23,650 bases of DNA from Candidatus Geocrenenecus huangii (GTDB lineage Archaea; Thermoproteota; Nitrososphaeria_A; Caldarchaeales; Wolframiiraptoraceae), in the NCBI GenBank assembly GCA_023254095.1, contig JALNLM010000017.1, positions 1-23,650 of the forward strand, written 5' to 3'. The translations under genes were made by a program, and so were the position numbers. Below, in pieces: positions 7,231 to 15,396 of this stretch; the first letter of the stretch is position 1, and the number at the start of each line of letters is the position of its first letter. The notes under the pieces were generated by a model. That model was not told the DNA's origin and searched no databases. It saw nothing but the letters and a program-made list of their open reading frames with translations.

Positions 7231-7974
7231 ATGGGCGTAGTGTATATCGCTGGCGCTGGACCAGGAGACCCAGAGCTTATCACTTTGAAAGCATTAAAAA
7301 CATTGGAGATTGCAGATGTAGTGATTTATGATAGGTTAGTGAATCCTCAAATACTCAAATACGCTGTTAAAGCGAAGGAATTAATCTGTGTAGGTAAGGA
7401 GAAAGGTGAAAGTTGGAAGCAGGAGGAAATAAACAAGTTGCTTATAGAGAAAGCGAGACATTATGATGTTGTTGTCAGGTTGAAGAATGGTGACCCCATG
7501 CTCTTCTCTAGAGGAGGAGAAGAATGTGAAGCCCTCAAAGAAGCAGGCATACCGTACGAAATAATTCCAGGAATATCCTCAGCTCTAGCTGCACCAACAT
7601 ACGCCGGCATCCCCTTAACTCATCGAGAATATTCATCATCAGTAGCAATAGTTACTGGACATAGAAGGGAAGAGTACGGAGGAGATTTAACATACTTAAG
7701 GAAGATTTTCTCTCGTGTAGATACTGTTGTAGTCTTGATGGGTGTATCAAATCTAGAGAACATAGTTGGAGAAGCCATAGCTTCAGGGCTTCCAACTTCT
7801 ACATTAGTAGCAGTAATCGAGAATGCTACGCTCCCATCCCAGAGAGTTTATACAGACAAATTGTTAAACATAGTTAAGACGGTTAAAGAGAATGATGTGA
7901 AACCACCAGCCGTACTAGTTTTTGGAAAAGTTGTTGAGTTGAGAGAGAAGCTGAAATGGATAGAAATATCGTAG
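7231..7974 (+). CDS. cobA: Uroporphyrinogen-III C-methyltransferase (SUMT; makes precorrin-2, the siroheme/alternative-heme precursor).
   Basis: VYIAGAGPGDPELITLKALKTLEIADVVIYDRL is the TP_methylase hallmark. Further motifs are VVRLKNGDPMLFSRGGEE and IPGISSALAAPTYAGIPLTHR. The length is 247 aa. Confidence 0.93.
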   Translation: MGVVYIAGAGPGDPELITLKALKTLEIADVVIYDRLVNPQILKYAVKAKELICVGKEKGESWKQEEINKLLIEKARHYDVVVRLKNGDPMLFSRGGEECEALKEAGIPYEIIPGISSALAAPTYAGIPLTHREYSSSVAIVTGHRREEYGGDLTYLRKIFSRVDTVVVLMGVSNLENIVGEAIASGLPTSTLVAVIENATLPSQRVYTDKLLNIVKTVKENDVKPPAVLVFGKVVELREKLKWIEIS

Positions 7975-8726
7975 TAGTTCTTCCTGGAACACTTGATACA
8001 TCTAGAAACATAGCTAGATATTTAAGAGATTTAGATATTGATGTGAAGATAATCCCTGTCATCTGTATTGAGGTTAATCAAAACGAAGTCGAGTCAGCTT
8101 ATAGAGCATTCTACTCCGGATTCACTCCAGACGTTAGTATCTTTACAAGTAAGACAGCAGTTAAGATCGTAAAGAAACTAATCCCAGAAGCTTGGAGGTA
8201 TGCTAAAAGATATTCTATAGCCATTGGTCCAGGGACAGCATCTCTTATAAGAAGGCTAGGTGGATCGAGGGTAAAGTATCCGCAAGAACATTCATCAGAG
8301 GGATTGATAAAGTATCTAATCAATCTCCCCGACTCAATAAGAATAGCAGCATACTGCTCAAGTGAAGTAAATATATTATTAGAAAATTTTCTGAAGGAAT
8401 ATTTCAAAGAACTCTACTTGTGGAAGCTGTATACTCTTTCTGAGAAAGCTACTTCGATAAATGAGATGGTAGATCTCTTCAAAACATCAATTGGAGGAAT
8501 TTTTCTGATAGTCATCACTTCTTCAAAGATCCTTAGAATTATTTCCAGAGAAGCAGAGTCAATAACAAAGCATGGAAACGTGTTTTTCTCGGTAATCAGC
8601 AAAAGATTGGCAGAGGAAGCTTCTCGTCTAGGTCTAAAAATCGATCATTCATCCTCAACCAACAACATTATAGGATACTACGATGAACTAAGAAAATATA
8701 TTAACCATTTATTGGGGTATATTTAG
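7956..8726 (+). CDS. hemD: Uroporphyrinogen-III synthase.
   Basis: It overlaps the cobA stop by 19 nt. HemD-like motifs are present: FTSKTAVKIV, IAIGPGTASLIRRLG and PQEHSSEGLIKYL. The two-lobed length of 256 aa fits. The sequence is divergent, as is usual for HemD. Confidence 0.7.
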   Translation: MDRNIVVVLPGTLDTSRNIARYLRDLDIDVKIIPVICIEVNQNEVESAYRAFYSGFTPDVSIFTSKTAVKIVKKLIPEAWRYAKRYSIAIGPGTASLIRRLGGSRVKYPQEHSSEGLIKYLINLPDSIRIAAYCSSEVNILLENFLKEYFKELYLWKLYTLSEKATSINEMVDLFKTSIGGIFLIVITSSKILRIISREAESITKHGNVFFSVISKRLAEEASRLGLKIDHSSSTNNIIGYYDELRKYINHLLGYI

Positions 8727-8949
8727 TTGAAGAAAAATTGTCGAGATATCATACTGTCTCAAGGTAAGGCTCTCTTATCAGAATTCTTCTTCCATATAGG
8801 TACAACTTCATGATAGCAATAATATTATACTGTTGTTGTTTTTATATGAATTCTGTGGACTAAATAAATCATATACTTTTACGTATGGTTTAAGATTAAG
8901 TGATATGGTTAAATAATTCAATCCTAACAATTTATAAATGGGTTCATAA

Positions 8950-9636
8950 ATGTATGAGTATTCCTTATTCATCATTGGGATTATGATGCCGTATCTCACG
9001 TTAATAGTGTTTGGTGTTGCACTGATTTACAATTTCTTTAAATGGATGTTCCTACCTAGACCAGTGATGTGGGCTATCTTTCCTGCGAAAGAAAATATCG
9101 TAAGCATATTTCTTACTATTGCAAAAAGAATCTTTTCATTACCAGGTCCTATGAAGTTTGATAAATTAATATTTACGCTAGCATGGATGTTCCATATAGG
9201 GTTAATTGTAAGTCTATCATTACACGCTAAATACATCCTCCTTCCCCATTTACCGTTTGAATATGAAATGGGTTCGATAGCAGGATTGCTTGCAGCTATC
9301 GGCTCCTTTGGTTTCATTATCAGAAGATACTATGATAAGAGAGCAGAATCCTATTTTGCAGATTATTTCGCCTTAATACTGTTAATTGTTACATTACTAC
9401 TCGGTACATATATTCGAATTCTTAAGTTGATAGATCCAACTCAATTATGGAGCTGGGTTCAGGGAATCTTAAGTCTGAGCCCTACCTTACCACCTACCAA
9501 TACTTTATTCTTAATTCATCTATTCTTTGCACAGATCTATATGATGTATCTGCCATTTAAGACGCTTATACATCCAATAGCGATATTCTACGGACAGAAG
9601 GTTATTCTCGATAAGAGACATCTCGTAGAGGAGTGA
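8950..9636 (+). CDS. dsrM: DsrM-like membrane b-type cytochrome (NarI/HdrE family).
   Basis: The 228-aa protein has about five hydrophobic helices with conserved His positions (MFHIGLIVSLSLHAKY, FLIHLFFAQIYMMYLPF). It lies immediately upstream of, and is translationally coupled to, a DsrK/HdrD-like gene beside dsrAB. An alternative start at ATG 8983 (MMPYLTLIVFG...) is possible, given TTTATAAA at 8931-8938. Confidence 0.75.
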   Translation: MYEYSLFIIGIMMPYLTLIVFGVALIYNFFKWMFLPRPVMWAIFPAKENIVSIFLTIAKRIFSLPGPMKFDKLIFTLAWMFHIGLIVSLSLHAKYILLPHLPFEYEMGSIAGLLAAIGSFGFIIRRYYDKRAESYFADYFALILLIVTLLLGTYIRILKLIDPTQLWSWVQGILSLSPTLPPTNTLFLIHLFFAQIYMMYLPFKTLIHPIAIFYGQKVILDKRHLVEE

Positions 9637-9637
9637 T

Positions 9638-11026
9638 GTGAAGATGATGGAGAAGCTATTCGATGAATATAGAGGTCTCTCTGATAAAAAGATCCGTCCC
9701 CATGAACCTAAATCTGAACAATTTCTCAAAGCATTCAAAGAACTATTAGACAAGAAGAATAATTGGACTTTTCTACTACCCCTTAAGCTAACATTGGAAG
9801 CATGTACACATTGTGGAACCTGTGCTGAGGCATGCCCTGTTTATATTGGAAGTGAGAGGGAGAAGATCTACAGCCCAGTCTATAGAGCTGATATACTCAG
9901 AAGAATCTATAAGAAGCACTTTACATTTAGTGGCAAGATCTTTGGAAGACTGATAGGTGCTAAAGAAATTAATGAACAAGACGTTAATGCTTTGGCTGAA
10001 GCAGCTTATAGATGTACGATATGTAGGAGATGTGTTTTAGCATGTCCCTTTGGTTTAGATAACGGATTAGTTATGAGAGAAGCGAGAAAGATTCTAGCAG
10101 AATTAAATATAGTCCCAGATGAATTGAAGGAAGAAGGTGTAGAAAATCAGATTATGTATGGTAGCGCTCCCAAGATACCTTATGAGGCTTTAATGAATAT
10201 CTTAGATTTTGTAAAGAGTGAAATTGAGGAAAATAGGAAGAATATTAATGTGGAAGTACCCGTTGACAAAGTTGGTGCAAAATATTTAATCATAAATAAT
10301 GCAGGAGATTACCTATCTTTTCTAGATACCATTAGAGGGATTGTCGAGATAATGAACTATGTAAATGAAGACTGGACGTTCAATTCTTCAAGGACAGGAG
10401 TATTTGATAATGTTAATTATGGACTGTTCTATAGCGATAAAGACATGGTTAGGGTAATTAAAGCACATTTGGAAACCTTTAAGAAACTTAAACCAGAATA
10501 CGTTGTCATAGGAGAATGTGGACATGCTTATGATGTTCTCGGACATTTAATGAAGGATCTCATTCCACCTGAAGAGAGACCATTTAAAGTAATACATATA
10601 GTTGAACTTTATGATAAACTCTTAAGAGAAGGCAAGCTGAAGCTCGATAAAAATAAGAATACTAAACCAGTGACTTTTCATGATTCATGCAAGATTGGAA
10701 GATGCGGTGGAATATATGAAGAGCCTCGCAGAGTGATAACCGCTTCATGTAAAGATTTTAGAGAAATGTATCCTAACAGAGAGCTAAATTACTGTTGTGG
10801 AGGAGGTGGAGGATTCGCATTAATGAGTAAATATAATTTCCTAGATTTTAGAATGAAAACTTATGGGAAACTAAAAGTACAGCAAGTTAAAGATACGGGG
10901 TCCTCCACATTAATAACTATTTGTGCAAATTGTAAAAGACAATTTCTAGACATGGTAAGTTACTACAATTTGAATATCAACGTCTCCGGTTTAAGTGAGA
11001 TAGTTGCAAATGCTCTAGTCTATTAA
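9638..11026 (+). CDS. dsrK: DsrK-like iron-sulfur protein (HdrD family, CCG domains).
   Basis: Two ferredoxin motifs (CTHCGTCAEACP, CTICRRCVLACP) and CCG-type motifs (HDSCKIGRCGG, NYCCGGGGG) are present. The ORF-track start is GTG 9638. ATG 9644 is equally plausible, lying 7-10 nt after AGGAGTGAT. Confidence 0.85.
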   Translation: MKMMEKLFDEYRGLSDKKIRPHEPKSEQFLKAFKELLDKKNNWTFLLPLKLTLEACTHCGTCAEACPVYIGSEREKIYSPVYRADILRRIYKKHFTFSGKIFGRLIGAKEINEQDVNALAEAAYRCTICRRCVLACPFGLDNGLVMREARKILAELNIVPDELKEEGVENQIMYGSAPKIPYEALMNILDFVKSEIEENRKNINVEVPVDKVGAKYLIINNAGDYLSFLDTIRGIVEIMNYVNEDWTFNSSRTGVFDNVNYGLFYSDKDMVRVIKAHLETFKKLKPEYVVIGECGHAYDVLGHLMKDLIPPEERPFKVIHIVELYDKLLREGKLKLDKNKNTKPVTFHDSCKIGRCGGIYEEPRRVITASCKDFREMYPNRELNYCCGGGGGFALMSKYNFLDFRMKTYGKLKVQQVKDTGSSTLITICANCKRQFLDMVSYYNLNINVSGLSEIVANALVY

Positions 11027-11106
11027 TAATTTGAAAAAAGTAGAGACTGATTACAGATAACAAAGCTTTCTAAGAGATACATTGAAAAATACCAAGACGT
11101 GTCTTA

Positions 11107-11112
11107 TTTTTT
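11107..11112 (+). terminator. T6 tract after dsrK, preceded by the short inverted repeat AAGAC/GTCTT.
   Basis: The sequence is ...aagacgtgtcttatttttta..., about 80 nt after the dsrK stop. It is followed by a 200-nt AT-rich spacer before dsrA. Confidence 0.4.
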
Positions 11113-11318
11113 AGTTTAGTAATTAATCTTAGGATCACAGATAGATTCATTAGTTGATCTGCTAAAGAATTTTATTCATGATTCTAAGAATCTATGATTT
11201 TCTCAGAGATGTTATCGTGAACTAACTAGTATTGATAACAAAGTTATTAAAATCTTATAGAATTTTCTAATAAAAAAGAATATATACGTCTCTGAATAAA
11301 TATCTAGATGAGTAAAAA

Positions 11319-12497
11319 ATGTCTGAGACACCTCTTTTAGATGAATTAGAGAAAGGTCCATGGCCAAGCTTTATTAAAGAGATGAAGCGGATGGCTGCCT
11401 TAAAGCCATATGCTAAGAACGTCCTACTACAGCTTGAGAGATCTTACAAGGAGAGGGTGACCCATTGGAAGCATGGTGGAATAGTTGGTGTCTGGGGATA
11501 CGGCGGGGGAGTAATCGGAAGGTATAGTGATCTTCCACCAGAAGCCATGCCTACCCCTGAAGTTCATACGCTTAGAGTAGCTCAACCAGCTGGATGGTTT
11601 TATTCAACAAAAGCTCTTAGAAAACTTTGCGATATATGGGAGAAATACGGGACGGGCTTCATAAATCTACACGGCTCTACCGGAGATATAATATTGCTAG
11701 GCGCACCGACAGCAAATCTACAACCTTGCTTCGATGATTTAGCTGCAAATGGTTTCGACTTAGGTGGATCTGGAAGCGATGTTAGGTCGCTTAGCTGTTG
11801 TGGCGGACCGGCATTCTGTCAATGGGCATGCGTAGACACGCTTGACATGTACCATGACCTGACGATGGAGTTCCAAGACGAGATACATAGACCTAGATTT
11901 CCATATAAGTTCAAGATAAAGATCTCTGGATGCCCAAACGATTGTGTATGCGCATTGGCTCGAGCGGATCTAGCTATCATTGGTACGTGGAGAGATTCGA
12001 TAAAGATTGATCAAGAAGCTGTTAGAGAGTATGCTAAGAATGGCGTTAATATAGCCGCCGTAGCTGCTAGATGCCCACCCCAAGCTCTTGAATGGGATGG
12101 TAAAGAATTAAGAGTAATCCCTGAAGATTGTACGAGATGCATGAGATGTCTAGGCGCTTTACCGAAGGCGATTCTGCCTGGAGATGATAGAGGCGTAACA
12201 ATTCTGTTAGGTGGAAAAGCAACAATCCTCCAAGGAGCATTCCTTGGATGGGTAATAGTACCCTTCATGAAGGCTGAAAAACCCTACAATGAATTAAAAG
12301 ACCTGATAAGAAAGATTCTGGATTGGTGGGATGAAAATGCGAGAACAAGGGAGAGGATAGGAGAACTAGTATATAGAGTCGGTATGAGAAGCTTCCTAAA
12401 AGCTGTCGGCTTACCGCCTACACCACAGATGATCCATGTTCCTAGAGCCAATCCATACTACTTCTGGAGTCCAGAAGAACTAGAGGAGGTGAAGTGA
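11319..12497 (+). CDS. dsrA: Dissimilatory sulfite reductase alpha subunit.
   Basis: The N-terminus reads TPLLDELEKGPWPSFIKE. It carries a siroheme/[4Fe-4S] Cys motif (SGCPNDCVCA) and a ferredoxin-like insert (CPPQALEW...CTRCMRC). The length is 392 aa, and dsrB follows 4 nt later. Confidence 0.93.
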   Translation: MSETPLLDELEKGPWPSFIKEMKRMAALKPYAKNVLLQLERSYKERVTHWKHGGIVGVWGYGGGVIGRYSDLPPEAMPTPEVHTLRVAQPAGWFYSTKALRKLCDIWEKYGTGFINLHGSTGDIILLGAPTANLQPCFDDLAANGFDLGGSGSDVRSLSCCGGPAFCQWACVDTLDMYHDLTMEFQDEIHRPRFPYKFKIKISGCPNDCVCALARADLAIIGTWRDSIKIDQEAVREYAKNGVNIAAVAARCPPQALEWDGKELRVIPEDCTRCMRCLGALPKAILPGDDRGVTILLGGKATILQGAFLGWVIVPFMKAEKPYNELKDLIRKILDWWDENARTRERIGELVYRVGMRSFLKAVGLPPTPQMIHVPRANPYYFWSPEELEEVK

Positions 12498-12500
12498 AAG

Positions 12501-13574
12501 ATGGCGGCGAAAGAAAAGCATATCACAGATATTGGTCCACCGCATTACAGAGACATGGTTCATCCAGTGCTCTTGAAAAATTATGGTAAATGGAGATACC
12601 ATGAATATGTTGCTCCAGGAGTGATAAAGCATGTTTCTATGAATGGTGAAGAGGTATACATGGTTAGAGCTGCGATACCAAAGATCGTCAGCGTCTACTT
12701 TGTTAGAGAGCTCTGTGATATCGCTGACAAATATTCAGATGGATACGTAAAGTTTACGAGCAGACATAATGTAGAATTCATAGTTGCCAACAAAAATAAG
12801 CTAGATGGATTACTTAAGGAATTGAAAGAGAAGGGCTGGGTTGTCGGCGGCACTGGGCGATCGCTGAAAGCCATAATACATACTCAAGGATGGGTTCACT
12901 GTCATACAGCTATAATAGATGCGCCTGGACTTGCCAAAGCATTGTACGATGAACTATATGAATACTTTGTTAGAGATGATCTCCCGGGCAAGCTTAAGAT
13001 AGCTATTGCATGCTGTCTAAACATGTGTGGAGCTGTACACTGCTCAGATCTAGCATTCGTCGGAATGCATAGGAAGCCACCCGTAGTCAACGACGATATA
13101 GTAAGTAGGTTATGTGAGATACCTACGCTCGTAGCAAGCTGCCCGACCGCGGCTATTAGACCCGCGCCCGAGAAGAAATCGGTAGTTGTAAATGAAGAAA
13201 GATGCATGTATTGCGGAAACTGTTATACAGTCTGCCCTGGGATGTTCATACATAATCCTAAGTATGATTGTTTATCGATGTGGGTTGGAGGAAATGCGGT
13301 AGCCGGAGGCCCACCTGAGTTCTCTAGACTTGCAATACCGTATCTACCGAATAACCCACCTAGATGGCCAGAAGCTGTTCAAGCAGCAAGGAATGTTATT
13401 GATACATGGATTAAGCATGCAAAGAAGGGTGAAAGAATAGGAGACTGGATAAAGAGGATAGGGTGGGAAAGGTTCTTCACGTTGACGGGGATACAGTTCA
13501 CAGACAAGCATATAGATGACTTCATATTCGCAGTGCCGACATTCCGAACCACAACGCTTTTCAAGTGGAGATAG
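12501..13574 (+). CDS. dsrB: Dissimilatory sulfite reductase beta subunit.
   Basis: The DsrB hallmark CCLNMCGAVHCSDLAF is present, along with a ferredoxin insert (CPTAAIRP...CMYCGNCYTVCP). GGAGGTGA lies 8 nt upstream of the ATG. The length is 357 aa. Confidence 0.93.
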   Translation: MAAKEKHITDIGPPHYRDMVHPVLLKNYGKWRYHEYVAPGVIKHVSMNGEEVYMVRAAIPKIVSVYFVRELCDIADKYSDGYVKFTSRHNVEFIVANKNKLDGLLKELKEKGWVVGGTGRSLKAIIHTQGWVHCHTAIIDAPGLAKALYDELYEYFVRDDLPGKLKIAIACCLNMCGAVHCSDLAFVGMHRKPPVVNDDIVSRLCEIPTLVASCPTAAIRPAPEKKSVVVNEERCMYCGNCYTVCPGMFIHNPKYDCLSMWVGGNAVAGGPPEFSRLAIPYLPNNPPRWPEAVQAARNVIDTWIKHAKKGERIGDWIKRIGWERFFTLTGIQFTDKHIDDFIFAVPTFRTTTLFKWR

Positions 13575-13594
13575 TATCTAATAAATGAGGCGGA

Positions 13595-13807
13595 ATGTCC
13601 GAGGTAACAGAAGAAATTAAAAACCAGATAGTCGAATACTTGAAGAAGGTTAAGAGGTCTGTTACCAGTAGGGACGTGGCTAAAGCATTAAAACTCGAAA
13701 AGAAAATCGTAGATAAAGCTGTTAACGAACTTGTTAGTGAAGGAAAAATAGAATGGGTATCATTCGGTGGGGAAACAAGGATAAAAATACCGGAGGCAAC
13801 CGAATAG
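13595..13807 (+). CDS. dsrD: DsrD-like small winged-helix protein.
   Basis: The 70-aa protein sits directly after dsrB. By eye it aligns to bacterial DsrD (N-terminal EE.K..VV.FL, central helix region, and C-terminal IEWVSFGGETRIKI versus the canonical (L)EYWSSGSTTMYGL). GAGG lies upstream of the ATG. Confidence 0.6.
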   Translation: MSEVTEEIKNQIVEYLKKVKRSVTSRDVAKALKLEKKIVDKAVNELVSEGKIEWVSFGGETRIKIPEATE

Positions 13808-13831
13808 ATCTTACCGTGAGATTACCTCCTA

Positions 13832-13838
13832 TTTTTTT
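13832..13838 (+). terminator. T7 tract after dsrD.
   Basis: The sequence cctcctATTTTTTTac lies 25 nt after the dsrD stop. Confidence 0.5.
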
Positions 13839-13921
13839 ACCTTTCCCCTTCTATAGCACGATTATTTTGATGAACTATATTTAAATTGTCGAAGATATGT
13901 TTTCTCAATGGTGGTCGGTAA

Positions 13922-14107
13922 ATGTTTATTGTAAATGTTGATAGAGAAAAATGCACTGGAGACGGAGAGTGCGTCAACATATGTCCTGTATCTGTCTTTG
14001 AGCTACAGAATGGTAAGGCTGTTCCAGTGAATGGAGACCAATGTCTTGGATGTAGGTCCTGTGAGGCTGTCTGTCCTTCTGGTGCGATTACTGTTACAGA
14101 GATGTAG
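13922..14107 (+). CDS. 2x[4Fe-4S] ferredoxin.
   Basis: The 61-aa protein carries CTGDGECVNICP and CLGCRSCEAVCP. ATTTAAAT at about 13881 lies about 35-40 nt upstream of the start. Confidence 0.85.
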   Translation: MFIVNVDREKCTGDGECVNICPVSVFELQNGKAVPVNGDQCLGCRSCEAVCPSGAITVTEM

Positions 14108-14111
14108 TTAA

Positions 14112-15194
14112 TCATACTCCATAAGCCTTATAACATGTAAAACATGGATCGGGAAGCCGCATACTTTTGTTGGTTAGGTTGCTGAAGTCGAGAAACCTGC
14201 TTAAAAAGTCTGTGGAGGACTTCCAATTATCAACCCTCTTTTTGTAGACTTTTCTGAAATCTGAGAGATCACTCTTATTATAGATATCAATTAATCTCTC
14301 TTTTTTTATGCTTCCGAAAACCAGTCTCGGTACAAAATATTGTTTGTTCCTGATATATCTTGGAATCAGATTGTTTTTTGTTGGAACATTTAGATAGACG
14401 CATGGAGATACAGCCCCATCATGCGAGATGTAGATATTCTCTACAGGATTCTCAGAGCATACTGCGACTTCACCCATCATCAGGGGGTAATTGTAAATAC
14501 TTATACCATTTTCTCTTGCTCTCTCTTCGCTTTCCTTAATTATCTCAACATACTCCTTTGGGGGATCTTCTCCGAGATAGGAGAAGACTTTCATTTCGTA
14601 ATGCTTCTTGCTAGGGATATAATCTATGTTTGTTCCTACGATCTCGTCTACGTTAAGTCTAGAGGCTAGCTCAACTACTTCAGGAAGCTCTCTAATGTTC
14701 TGCTTTATTCTCAGGAATGTAAAGATTATCCTTAAGTCTCTAGCATTCCTACTCCTCCTTAAACGCTCTAGACATTGTACGTTCTCGATTATCTTGTTGA
14801 AGTTTGTCCCAACCCTGATACACTCATGGGTTTCTTTCCTTGATCCCGCAATAGATACCGCTATCGTCTTTACCCCGTTTTCGATTAACTTCTCAGATAC
14901 ACTTTCAGTTAAAAGCGTGGCATTCGTAGTTAATCCAATTAATCCATCATTCTTTGAAGCTATTTTAACCATCTCGAAAATATGCTTGGATAAGAGAGGC
15001 TCACCCCAACCCTGAAGCCAGATGACCTTGAATCCTTCAAAGTATTCTACAAGTCTCAGATAATCTTCTAAAGATAAGTCTCCTGCGTTCCACTCATCCC
15101 CCATAAACGGTTTAGGACACATAATACAACATGCATTACATCTGGATGTAACTTCTATCTGTAGGATGCCTTTAGGAACATCCATAAACTCCAT
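14112..15194 (-). CDS. Radical SAM protein with a C-terminal SPASM/twitch-like Cys-rich domain.
   Basis: CNACCIMC provides the CxxxCxxC motif. GWGEPLL and TNATLL are also present. The C-terminal Cys pattern is CSENP...DGAVSPCVY...DPCFTCY. TTATATTT lies about 25 nt upstream of the ATG on the minus strand. Confidence 0.85.
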   Translation of the reverse strand: MEFMDVPKGILQIEVTSRCNACCIMCPKPFMGDEWNAGDLSLEDYLRLVEYFEGFKVIWLQGWGEPLLSKHIFEMVKIASKNDGLIGLTTNATLLTESVSEKLIENGVKTIAVSIAGSRKETHECIRVGTNFNKIIENVQCLERLRRSRNARDLRIIFTFLRIKQNIRELPEVVELASRLNVDEIVGTNIDYIPSKKHYEMKVFSYLGEDPPKEYVEIIKESEERARENGISIYNYPLMMGEVAVCSENPVENIYISHDGAVSPCVYLNVPTKNNLIPRYIRNKQYFVPRLVFGSIKKERLIDIYNKSDLSDFRKVYKKRVDNWKSSTDFLSRFLDFSNLTNKSMRLPDPCFTCYKAYGV

Positions 15195-15396
15195 TATTAA
15201 ATTGGCTGGCTGAAAATATAAGTATTGAACGAAGTCGTTAACTCAGGTTAGCGTGATGTATTATGTAGGACTTTTTCAGAGAGTTAAACGTTATTTCTAT
15301 TGATGGCAAACTATCCAATGAACTCTCCTTATATATTTATGCATTTTTCCACATTAAACCTTATAAACCTTCTAGAATTACTTATTCTTGACCTAT

